From Diplonema japonicum (Eukaryota; Protista; Euglenozoa: Diplonemea), in assembly GCA_964019335.1 (NCBI GenBank), contig OZ025653.1, positions 813,311 to 877,310 on the forward strand: a stretch of DNA of 64,000 nt. The letters are read 5' to 3'. A model generated the notes under the pieces. That model had not been told where the DNA came from. It saw only the letters and a program-made list of their open reading frames with translations, and did no database searches. Numbering within the stretch: the stretch's first letter is position 1; each line of letters starts with the position of its first letter. Position numbers and translations under genes: made by a program. Positions 11,760-22,328 of this stretch are shown one piece after another.

Positions 11760-14199
11760 CAGTGATGGGTGAATCCGGTCCGGTCTGGTGTACCCATTTT
11801 ACCGGACTGACCGGACTGACCGGATCGGCCGGACTGACCGGATCGGCCGGACTGACCGGACTGACCAGACTCAAAAATTTTCTGCAATTTTTGACACACC
11901 TGCAAACACTTTTTTTTCAAATATTTTTGGACAATGATTTTTTTTTTTTTTTTTCTTTTTCTTCTTCATACCACAGACATGCACAGCTCCATCAAGCCAT
12001 TTGCACCTATCTACTCCGGTGCACTGCAGCTGCAGGTATGTACAAATGTCCGGAAATGTTGTATTTGGATGTAATACAACCCAGCTGTGGTGATCAATGT
12101 GGAACACAGAAGAAGCTACAACCCGGCCGCGGTGAGAGTTAAAGGACCTGCACAAGACTACTTGATTACAGGGGTACACCACAGCCGAGTTGTAGCTTCT
12201 TCTGTGCTCCGTGTTGTGTCCTTAATGTGTGCTGTGTGCAGCTCAACACCAGCCATGGCCCTGGTAACTAAGATTCTGGGCCTGTGTAGTTTGCTGCCAA
12301 TTCATCACCCTGAGCATCTGCATTATGTTCTCCACTTGGACCAACATGGAGGTCAACAGCAAACAACACATCTGATGTACTTCTTATATTTCCATGTTAT
12401 CCCCACCACCTGAATGATATATATATGAGTTAAAAGAGGCTGGTGTTGGTGGTGCCCTGCACAAGAACTGTCTGCTTGATTACAGGGGCGCACCACAACC
12501 AAGTTGTAGCTTCTTCTGCATTCCGTGTCATGTCTTTAATGTGGTGTAGTTTGCTGCCTGTTTGTCACCCTAAGCATCTGCATTATGTTCTTCCACTTGG
12601 GAGCTACCGGTGATGACCGATGAGGAGGTCAACAGTGAACAACACATCTGATGTTTTTTCATGCTATCCCCACCACCTTTGGAATAATATACAAGAGTTA
12701 AAGGAGGCCGGTGTTGGCAGTGCCCTGCACAAGAACTGTCTACTTGATTACAGGGGGTGCACCACAGCCGGGTTGTAGCTTCTTCTGTGTTCTGCATTGT
12801 GTCCTTAATCACTGCAGCCGAGTTGTAGCTTCTTCTGTGCTCCATGTCCTTAATGTGTGCAGGGTTCAGCTCAACCCTAGCCAGGGCACCCTGGGTAACC
12901 AAGATTCTGCACTCATGCAGTTTGCTGCCAATTCATCACCCTGAGCATCTGCATTATGTTCTTCCACTTGGGTGCTACCGGTGATGACCAATGAGGAGGT
13001 CAACAGTGAACAACACATCTGATGTTTTTTCATGCTATCCCCACCACCTTTGGAATAATATACAAGAGTTAAAGGAGGCTGGTGTTGGCAGTGCCCTGCA
13101 CAAGAACTGTCTACTTGATTACAGGGGGTGCACCGCAGCCAGGTTGTAGCTTCTTCTGCATTCTGCATCGTGTCCTTAATCACTGTGGCCGAGTTGTAGC
13201 TTCTTCTGTGCTCTGTGTTGTGTCCTTAATGTGTGCAGTGTTCAGCTCAACCCTAGCCGGGGTGCCCTGGGTAACCAAGATTCTGCACTCGTGTGGTTTG
13301 CTCAGTGATGACTGATGAGGAGGTCAACAGCAAATAACACATCTGATGTTTTTCTTATATTTTCATAAAAAGAAGATAAAAGTTTTTTTTTTTTTTTTTT
13401 TTTTTACCAACTTGGTTGAGGGTTTTATACCTAAGGTACCAAGGAGGGTGAACAAAGGGCTGAAGGCCACACCACAGCAGAAAGGTTCAATCAAGAGATA
13501 GATTGAGACTCTTCAGGTGTCCTGCCACATACCACAGGTACCCTTAAATGTCTCTTTTCTTTTTCTTTTTTTTTTATTATTAAGGTGGTGGGGATAACTT
13601 GGAAATATAAGAAGTACATCAGATGTGTTGTTCACTGTTGACCTCCTTGTTGGTCATCACCAGTAGCACCCGAGTGGAAGAATGTAACACAGATGCTCAG
13701 GGTGATGAACAGGCAGCAAACTGCATGAGTGCAGAATCTTGGTTACCCAGGATGCCCTGGCTAGGGTTGAGCACACCGCACACATTAAGGACACGACACG
13801 GAACACAGAAGAAGCTACAACTCAGCCGAGGAGCACCCCCTGTAATCAAGTAGGTAGTTCTTACTTCATTGCATGCCACCTAGTGTTGCAATCAAAGCCC
13901 CATTTTTTTTCTTTGTTTCTCGTTGTTGTCGTCTCTCAGTACCTGTGTAACATCTTTTCTTGTAGACATCTGTTTATATGTTTGAACTCTGCAGCAAAAA
14001 AAGGGGGGGATGTGGTGTTGTGGTTGTATCTTGTACGGTCCAGTTCAGTCCAGTCCAGTCTGGTCCAGTCCGGTCCGGTCCAGTCTGGTCCAGTCTGGTC
14101 AGTCCGGTCAGTCTGGCATAATTGGGTTGAAATTCACACTGGATCCAGTCTGGTCCAGTCCAGTCTGGTCTAGTCCTAATTAGGATTCACCCATCACTG
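11760..14199. mobile_element. 2.44-kb non-autonomous TIR transposon, TIR CAGTGATGGGTGAATCC, 7-bp TSD AACTCTG
   Basis: 17-bp TIRs at 11760-11776 and 14183-14199; TSD at 11753-11759 and 14200-14206; subterminal (GACCG/CCGGT)n pentamers; further right ends of the same family finish at 14377 and 16610; empty site at about 16420. Confidence 0.88.
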
Positions 14200-14664
14200 A
14201 ACTCTGCAGCAAAAAAAAAAGGGGGGGATGTGGTGTTGTGGTTGTATCTTGTCCAGTCTGGTTCAGTCCAGTCCAGTCAGTCCAGTCAGTCTGGCATAAT
14301 TGGGTTGAAATTCATGCTGGATCTGGTCTGGTCTGGTCCAGTCTGGTCTAGTCCTTATTAGGATTCACCCATCACTGCTTGAAGAAAAAAAAATTCGATT
14401 AGGTAACCACAGCTGGGACCTACTTCAAAGGGAATTTTGCTTATCATCACCCAAAATTAGGCTAAAATTCCAAAAATACCATTCTAAAATGAAGCTTGAT
14501 TTTGTGATTTTCAGGTGGCCATTTAGCCTAAGGAAAATTCCTAAAGTGGTTTTTGAAAGATTTTTTTCAGTCCAAGTGGGGTCAAAACTTTCCATTGGCT
14601 GTTCAGAATTCCATTTTCAGGACCAAATTGGGTGTTCAAAAAAAAAAATTATTTTTTGCCCTCC

Positions 14665-15050
14665 CAGTGTTGTTATGAGAATGAGTTGCCCCCCTGAGAT
14701 TTTCGGATTTTTACTTACTTTTTACTTCAGAATATAGTTTAGAGATGTGTATTCCACCTAAACACCTTTCTGAACTTTTTGGTTTGCAGAAATGGGTTTT
14801 TAAGGTGTTTTAAATATAAATTTCATGATTTCTAGCTTTTTCCAGAAAAAAAAATTTGGGGTCAAAAATAGCCAAAGTGACCCCAAGTTTGGGGTCCCCT
14901 GGGAAAAAAAAAATTTTTTTTTGGCCAAAAATTTCCAAAAAAGTCTGTTTTGAGGGTGCTAAATGAGTGGGTCCCTAGAAAAAAAAGATTTTTTGCCCCC
15001 CACCCCCCTGCCCCCCCAGCCCCCCTGGGTTTTTTCCCGTAACAACACTG
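14665..15050. mobile_element. MITE-like element with imperfect CAGTGTTGTTAYGRGAA TIRs
   Basis: cagtgttgttatgagaa (14665-14681) versus ttcccgtaacaacactg (15034-15050); no TSD seen. Confidence 0.6.
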
Positions 15051-15199
15051 ATTACACATGCCCAGAATCTTGGTTACCAGGGGTGCCATGGCTGGTGTTG
15101 AGCTGCACACTGCACACATTAAGGACACAACATGGAATATTGTGCTGTCAGTGTTGTGGTGATATAGTCACCACTTTCAACCTTGATGATGCAAAGAGG

Positions 15200-15230
<31 letters not shown>

Positions 15231-16668
15231 TAAGGAATTCCCTGTTCCACCAAGTTCTGGTTCTGCTGGTTCCACCATTCCACCAAGCTCCAACTTTTCA
15301 GTTTTGTGAAAGGGAACAGAATGACCCACCCCTGCATGAGCAGAATCTGGTTACCCAGGATGCCTCAGCTGGAGTTGAGCTGAACACCGCACACATTAAG
15401 GACACAACACAGAATGCAGAAGAAGCTGTGGTGTACCCCCTGTAATCAAGTAGTCTTGTGCAGGTCCTTTAACTCATATATCTCTCACCATGGCCAGGTT
15501 GTTGGTGTTTCCTTTTTTTTTTCCCCTTTTTTTCTTTTCCTCTTTGCATGCAGTGTGCAGCTTGACCCCAGCTGGTGCCCTAAGTAGTTTACTCATGCAA
15601 TTTGTTCTTCCACTCAGGGTGCTACAGGTGATGACTGGCCAAGTGGATGGAGGAAAATGCCTATTCGTCGTGTTTGTGGTGCCTGCACAAGAACTGTTAA
15701 CTTGATACAGGGGGGCACTGCAGCCAAGTTGTAGCTTCTTCTGTGTTCTGCATTGTGTCCTTAATGTGTGCAGTGCGCAGCTTAACCCCAGCCAGAGCAA
15801 CACAACCCAGGGTAACCAACATTCTGTGCTCATGCAGTTTGCTGCCAATTCATCACCCTGAGCATCTGCATTATGTTCTCCCACTTGGGTGCTACTGGTG
15901 ATGACTGACATGGAGGTCAACAGCGAACAACACATCTGATGTACTTCTTATATTTCCATGTTATCCCCACCACCTGAATGATATATATATGAGTTAAAAG
16001 AGGCTGGTGTTGGCAGCACCCTGCACAAGAACTGTCTACTTGATTACAGGGGGTGCACCACAGCCAGGTTGTAGCTTCTTCTGCATTCTGTATCATGTCC
16101 TTATCACTATGGCTGAGTTGTAGCTTCTTCTGTGTTCTGTGTCGTGTCCTTAATGTGTGTGGTGTTCAGCTCAACCCTAGCTGGGGTGCCCCAGGTAACC
16201 AAGATTCTGCACTCATGTGGTTTGCTTGGTGATGACAGATGAGGAGGTCAACAGTGAACACATCTGATGTTTTTCTTATATTTTCATGTTATCCCACCAC
16301 CTGAAAAAGAAGATAAAGGTTTTTTTTTTTTTTTTTCTTTTTTTTTTTTTCGTTTCTCGTTGTTGTCGTCTCTCAGTACCTGTGTAACATCTTTTCTTGT
16401 AGACATCTGTTTATACGTTTGAACTCTGCAGCAAAAAGAAGAGGGGGGGATGTGGTGTTGTGGTTGTATCTTGTCCGGTCCGGTTCAGTCCAGTCCGGTC
16501 CGGTCTGGTCCAGTCCGGTCAGTCCGGCATAATTGGGTCGAAATTCACGCCGGATCTGGTCCGGTCTGGTCCAGTCCGGTCTAGTCCTAATTAGGATTCA
16601 CCCATCACTGCTGTCTGCTACTCTTTTTAAAGTACATTTTCCTTTTCATTACTATCACTACAGGTACT

Positions 16669-18575
16669 ATGAGCAATCAAGATACAATAAACTTGTTGGA
16701 ACTGGAGAAGGTGACACAAGTAGAAGTTGATGTCGAAGAGAATACTGATAGGAAAGAGCTTGTTGCTGAATGCAGGCAGATTGAAGTATCACTAATAAAA
16801 AAAACACAAGAGCTTGAAGACTGTGTCCAGACAAGGCTGAGTAAAAGCTATCCATACAGCCTGTTGATTGTGGGAGGGCGTGGGGTGGGGAAAACCACTC
16901 TGTTTGTAAAGCTTGAAGAGCAGCTTCGAGAATCAACTGTCGCCCAATCACAAGGAACAAATGAATGTCAAGGTGAGGACTCGGCCTACAGCAAAGACCA
17001 ACAAGTGGACTCTAAAAAAGAGCTGTACCACCGATGGAAACAGTCTGGTGTCAACCTTAATACAGTGCAGTTGGATCTTAAAAACATGCCAGGAAAGGGA
17101 CTCCGCCCTGGTGAAGCTGACATCTTCCTGTGGGACCTCCGGATGGCTTCAGCATCAGCTTTCTACTATAGTGCAAAGTGCATCATCATCCTCTTCGACC
17201 TTGCACGGATCGAGACGTACAGGGAGGCACAACGAGTATGCGAACAGTCTAAATATAGCCACACAGATCCTCGATGATGCAAGTGCCAAGTCACGGCCTG
17301 GTGTGAAGTTCGTTATGATAGGGAACGACACTCTTGTGGAGCAACGAGCCGTGGCGCAGGATGAATTCTTTAATTACTGTCAGAACCATGCCGTGCCATT
17401 CGTGTGCGACTTTTCTAACCCAGCGGAGCTTGCGAGCCTCTCGGAGTTTGTTCAAGGTGAAGTCCTTCGTCTGACGACCGACACCACAGAAGAGATAGTA
17501 CTGCAGGACACGGTGGAAGCCGACCATAACACCCCTGTACAGGAGGAGCTGCATGACTCGACACGTTGGGTACCGAAAGAAGGCAAAACTACACGTTTTT
17601 CTAGTTCAAAAACATTTTTCGACATTGGTAAGGGCCCAAATATTATTTGGCCTGCAACAGGGACGCCTCTTGAGGGGACTGTATTAAGTAAAGCTAATTT
17701 GATAGAGGTTTGAAACTAATTCTTTCCCCCCTCGCACCAAATCACAGAATTTGCGTCCGCTCTTCGACTCCCTTGACACCAATCGGGACGGAAGCATTCC
17801 TGCTGAAGACTTTCATAAGTTGTACACGTACACAGACGAAAGCCCCGAGGATATGAACAAACTGGTAGAAGAAATGAGTGCATTGAAAGACGGACGACTA
17901 AGTTTCACCGAATTTTGTTTGCTCATGCTGCGCATCAAACCTGTTCATGACGACGAAAAGTTTCTCTTCCCAGTACGGGGTGGGTGGGCACTGAAACGAG
18001 AACAGAATCCTACTGCGACGTTGGCGCCTGCCTATCGCGAGGCGGCAGATGCATTTTTCAACGACAAAGCCTACCCTAAAGCACAGAGACAGATCCATCC
18101 TCAGAAAGCCAAAGATGCTCTTGCCAAGCTTCATGCATTGAAAGTACCGAAACACACTACGCGGAAAGAGCTCTTGTGCTTGCTGCGTGACAAAGATCAG
18201 GATCTTTGCGCCACCCTTGATGAGTGCATGCAAGATGCCACAACACTGGAAGAGCTCAAAGTAATCCTCATAGGTTGCATAGCAAAGATACCATTTCTTT
18301 TTCAATGCGAAGGGTACCGAATGCAGGTGAAAGATCAGAGCCTGGGTAAGTCACATATTTATATAAAGTCATTGTTTAAGAGTTTGGCTACCGATGACAG
18401 TGTCAGCACTCGTGACATGGAGGACTGGGCCCTGACGAGAGACACACTGGGGGTGCCTGTAAAGGAGGCAACAATCAAGGCGGCTCTAAAGCCTTTTGAC
18501 AAGAATGGGCGGATGTCCTTTAATAGTTTCGTGAATGCTGTTGGACACCTTGATACCTTTCTAGGTATATATTAG
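16669..18575 (+). CDS. Divergent Rab/Ras-like P-loop domain fused to EF-hands (introns 17236-17266 and 17708-17747)
   Basis: GGRGVGKTT P-loop, IFLWDLR, YYSAKCIIILFDL, MIGND; EF loops DTNRDGSIPAEDF and DKNGRMSFNSF; three ORFs joined in frame by short GT-AG introns. Confidence 0.75.
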
Positions 18576-18679
18576 ATGTTTTCTTAGGAAATAAGGTTTT
18601 TTTATCTTTCTTGTAAAATCTTCTTTCACTTTCATCGATTTTACAGTATTAAGTAATATTCACTTCATCACAGACAGCA

Positions 18680-20697
18680 ATGAGTACACGCAACAATGAA
18701 ACAATGGCGCAACTGGGGCTTTTCTGTGCGGTGTTGTGCTCGTTGGTCGCCCCAGTAGAAGGAGCAGGCAAGTCCATTTTTAAGTTGGGTGACTACGTGG
18801 ATCACAAGCCCTTTGAAGTATGAGTGCCACTTGAATTTATTCCATCACAGGTCATGTTCATGTACTTCACGGTGTTTGCCATCACCATTGTGTACGAGTG
18901 GATTGTGGCCTATGTGGACAGGTCTGTGACAACCCATTCAGGAAAGAACATTGTGCACCACATCTACTCTGAAGTATGTCACCGAGAAATTTTCATGCAT
19001 GTAGGTTATGATTCTTGGTGGTATCTCAGCTCTGTTAACTGTCTTTGAGAACCTTGGAGGAACTGCGTATGCTGCACAAATAGTAGAATCACATATCACA
19101 GTTACTTCGAAGCAGCCTTGTTCCATTTTGTACACTTCGTCATCTTCGTCATGGCGTTGTTCTTCATTGCCTTGGTTGGTTCTTTGTTCGTTTTCATCGA
19201 CCGCTCTTGGAAGGTATCCCCATGGCACCATCACAGCACTGCAGGTCTGGTCGCGTTTTGAGTTCAAAGTTGTCGAGATAGAGAACGATCCGTCACTGGA
19301 GGCAGAGAGTAAGAGCGCCTTCCTGCAGCAGTATCTAAAGGTATTAACCTCACAACCAGAAACACACAACAGTCCGTCAAAAATGGGCAAAAGATGCTTG
19401 CGTGCATTATCTTTTTCCGTCAAAACTTGCCTGAGCACATGAGAGACATTAGTTTCGCTCGTTACATGAAAAAACAGCAAAGAAAGCTTCTACTGTCTTT
19501 CCTTGATCTGGAATGGACAACGTGGGCTATGTTGTCAGTGTTGTGCACAGTGGCCGCAGTGGTGACATATATCACGTTGCTGATCTCAGACAACGACCTT
19601 GCCACCATCGGGTTGTGGGTGCTCTTTGTCGGGTTCGGTCCTTTGCTGGTTTTGATTGTAACCTTCTTCAAAATCAAGAGAGAGTTCTCCACGTTCACCA
19701 ACGATGTCCAGGAACTCCGTCAAGTATGTTCTATGTTCTTTGTGAAGCAACTTCAACTAGGACGGAAAGAAAAGCACTATGAACCAAGACCAGGAGCGCC
19801 ATTTCTGGAGGGGCAAACCCGAGTACATGACATTCTTAATGCAGGTAGTGACCCAATCTCGTTTGTTGTAGCACACTACAGGTGATGCTTGTATACCAGG
19901 TGTTCTACTTAGCCAACTGCACTGTCAACTTCACCTACCGTCTCTGGCAGATCAGCGGTGGGTTTTTCCTAATTGTTGTCTGCTTTGTTCCTTCACTGCT
20001 TGTGTTTTTCGTCATGATACCCTTGTCTATGCCGCCTTTCACCATTCTGGCTTCGATGGGCACTTTCCTGTCACATGATACTCTGGAGAGAATTAAGATG
20101 TCTGATGAAATGGGTGGGAAGTACAGAAGAAGGGCGTTGCGTGGCCGAACCGTTAAGGAGTCGGCGCTCTTCCTGCAAGACGACGATGACAACATTCTCG
20201 GGATCGCCGATGGTCATGGCGATGATCATGGCGATGATCATGGACATGGACATGGACATGGACATGGGCACGGACATGGGCATGGGCATGGTGATGGCCA
20301 TGATGATGTTCCCCACCTTACAAGCGACGAAGGGATGCTGCCTCTTCGTGACCCCAACCACCACGGGCACGGGCACGGGCACGACGAACCAGAGAGGCCT
20401 GATGTCATTTGTGAGGAGTGCAACCTTTCCCCAGCTGCCGAGACATGCGGGATTTGTGGTATTCTTTGTTCTAATTGCACAAAGGACTATCACAAGCTGA
20501 AGAAATTCCGTGACCACCATGTGATAAAGTTGAAGAACTCATTGTTCGCACCCAAACTCCCCCTACTCACAGACAATCCTATTATCAACAAGGAGCGCAC
20601 TGCAGCGTCACTATATAAGAAGACGGGGGCAGTCGAAGAGGTGATTGAGGCCACAAAAGCAGCGCATACGAGCCACAACACTGATGCCCACCATTAG
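18680..20697 (+). CDS. MLO-family membrane protein with His-Gly repeat and C-terminal B-box zinc finger; multi-exon
   Basis: MLO-like segments SEVMILGGISALL, LHFVIFVMAL, CIIFFRQ, ISFARYM; (HG)n at about 20213-20300; CEEC..CGICGILCSNC..H..H B-box; first intron 18818-18850, other intron boundaries approximate. Confidence 0.75.
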
Positions 20698-20941
20698 GCG
20701 GTCGCCCCTTCCTCCATTTATTTGGCAGGTGCCAAAGGGCATTTAGAGTCGCGCAGTTGTGACCGCTTAGAGTGCCATAGGCGTACGCAGGTCTATTGCA
20801 CCAAGCCTTATACACTATGTTCTGTTAGTTTATGTACTATACGAGTTTCTGTTAATCTGTTTCTTCTTGTCCCGTCTATTTTTTTTTGTTACTGCAATCA
20901 CTTCACCACACCACAGCTCTAGAAAACAACCTCATCTCAAA

Positions 20942-21555
20942 ATGCCTGAAACCAACCAGTGGAGATTCATCGAGGTGGGCCGTCTTGTGCTCATCACCAA
21001 AGGGAAGTACGAGAACAAGGTATGCCGCATGCAGAACACAGTACCATTCATACTCATAATAGGTTGCTACTATTTTAGATGTCGTTGACCAGAACAGAGT
21101 CCTCATTGACTCCCCTGCCTGCAAGGACTCCGCTGTCTGGGCTGGTGTTCCCCGCCATGTTGCCAGTCTGAAGGACCTTGAGCCCACCCCCGTGAAGACT
21201 GAGATCACCCGTGGCCTTCGTGTTGGTGGTCTTGTGAAGGTGTGTACAGGAAAGACATAAATAACACAAAACAGGCTCTGGACACCCAGAACACCATTGG
21301 TAAGTGGACCGAGCTTACCTGGGCCAAGAAGATCATGCACCGTCAGGCCCGTGCTAACATCAACGACTTTGACAGGTTCAGGGTTGACCGTGCCCGCCGC
21401 CAGCGTGCCTTCTGTCTGCGCAAGAAGGTGTGTAATTGTTCAACGGATAAAAAAAAAAAGAAAATAAAAAAAAAAAATAAAAAACCCTGCAGTTCGCCGC
21501 GAAGCTGACCAAGGCCGGCAAGGACTCCAAGGCCAAGAAGGCGTTCAAGGCGTGA
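20942..21555 (+). CDS. RPL14: 60S ribosomal protein L14, copy 1 (introns 21020-21062, 21240-21274, 21428-21492)
   Basis: RFIEVGRLVLI, ILDVVDQNRVLIDSP, WAKKI, NDFDRF. Confidence 0.95.
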
Positions 21556-21693
21556 ACAAGGTGATAAAGCGAGTAGTGTTTAACCATCAGTCACGGTTTC
21601 GTTCTTTGTCCAGTCATTTGTTGTTGTTCACATTTAAAATATATAAGGAAGGGTTCCAGTTACTTTACAACAACAAAAAAAAAAAAAAAAAAA

Positions 21694-22255
21694 ATGCCTG
21701 AGACTAACCAGTGGAGATTCATCGAGGTGGGCCGTCTTGTGCTCATCACCAAGGGGAAGTACGAGAACAAGGTATGCCTTTGCTCCAACCACAAGCTTTA
21801 CAGGTTGCTACCATCCTTGATGTCGTTGACCAGAACAGGGTCCTCATTGACTCCCCTGCCTGCAAGGACTCCGCTGTCTGGGCTGGTGTTCCCCGCCATG
21901 TTGCCAGTCTGAAGGACCTTGAGCCCACCCCCGTGAAGACTGAGATCACCCGTGGCCTTCGTGTTGGTGGTCTTGTGAAGGCTCTGGACACCCAGAACAC
22001 CATTGGTAAGTGGACCGAGCTTACCTGGGCCAAGAAGATCATGCACCGTGAGGCCCGTGCTAACATCAACGACTTTGACAGGTTCAGGGTTGACCGTGCC
22101 CGCCGCCAGCGTGCCTTCTGTCTGCGCAAGAAGGTGTGTTAACATTAATATTTCTTCAAAGAAAAACAAACAATATAAAAAAAACCTTGCAGTTCGCCGC
22201 GAAGCTGACCAAGGCCGGCAAGGACTCCAAGGCCAAGAAGGCGTTCAAGGCATGA
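21694..22255 (+). CDS. RPL14: 60S ribosomal protein L14, copy 2 (introns 21772-21803 and 22134-22192)
   Basis: Exons nearly identical to copy 1; the middle intron is absent. Confidence 0.95.
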
Positions 22256-22328
22256 ACCACTTCTGTAACCCTTTCATAGTATCATTGTTTGAAACAACGC
22301 ACAAAGTCAGCATAATCCACTACAGTCG

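Larger units (their letters stand above)
10083..16610. repeat. Repeat island: 371-bp satellite-like unit in direct and inverted copies inside nested non-autonomous DNA transposons
   Basis: Recurring ttgattacagggggtgcaccacagcc...gttgtagcttcttctg...ggaggtcaacag unit; 371-bp period between 12711 and 13082; inverted copies at about 13583-13855 and 15060-15475; about 10706-11759 (less the MITE) duplicated at about 15546-16430. Confidence 0.92.

Noticed and set aside
13406-13555. Minus-strand CTGAAGA plus hairpin as a hammerhead ribozyme in a poly(A)-flanked insert
   Set aside because: No GAAA core follows stem II, and the insert's identity is unresolved.
10091-16300. Many 60-175 aa ORFs in the repeat island
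   Set aside because: They are repeated translations of the non-coding satellite and TIR elements, with no protein motifs and with indels between copies.
10083-16610. CRISPR-like array
   Set aside because: Eukaryotic context, long degenerate units without unique spacers, and no cas genes.
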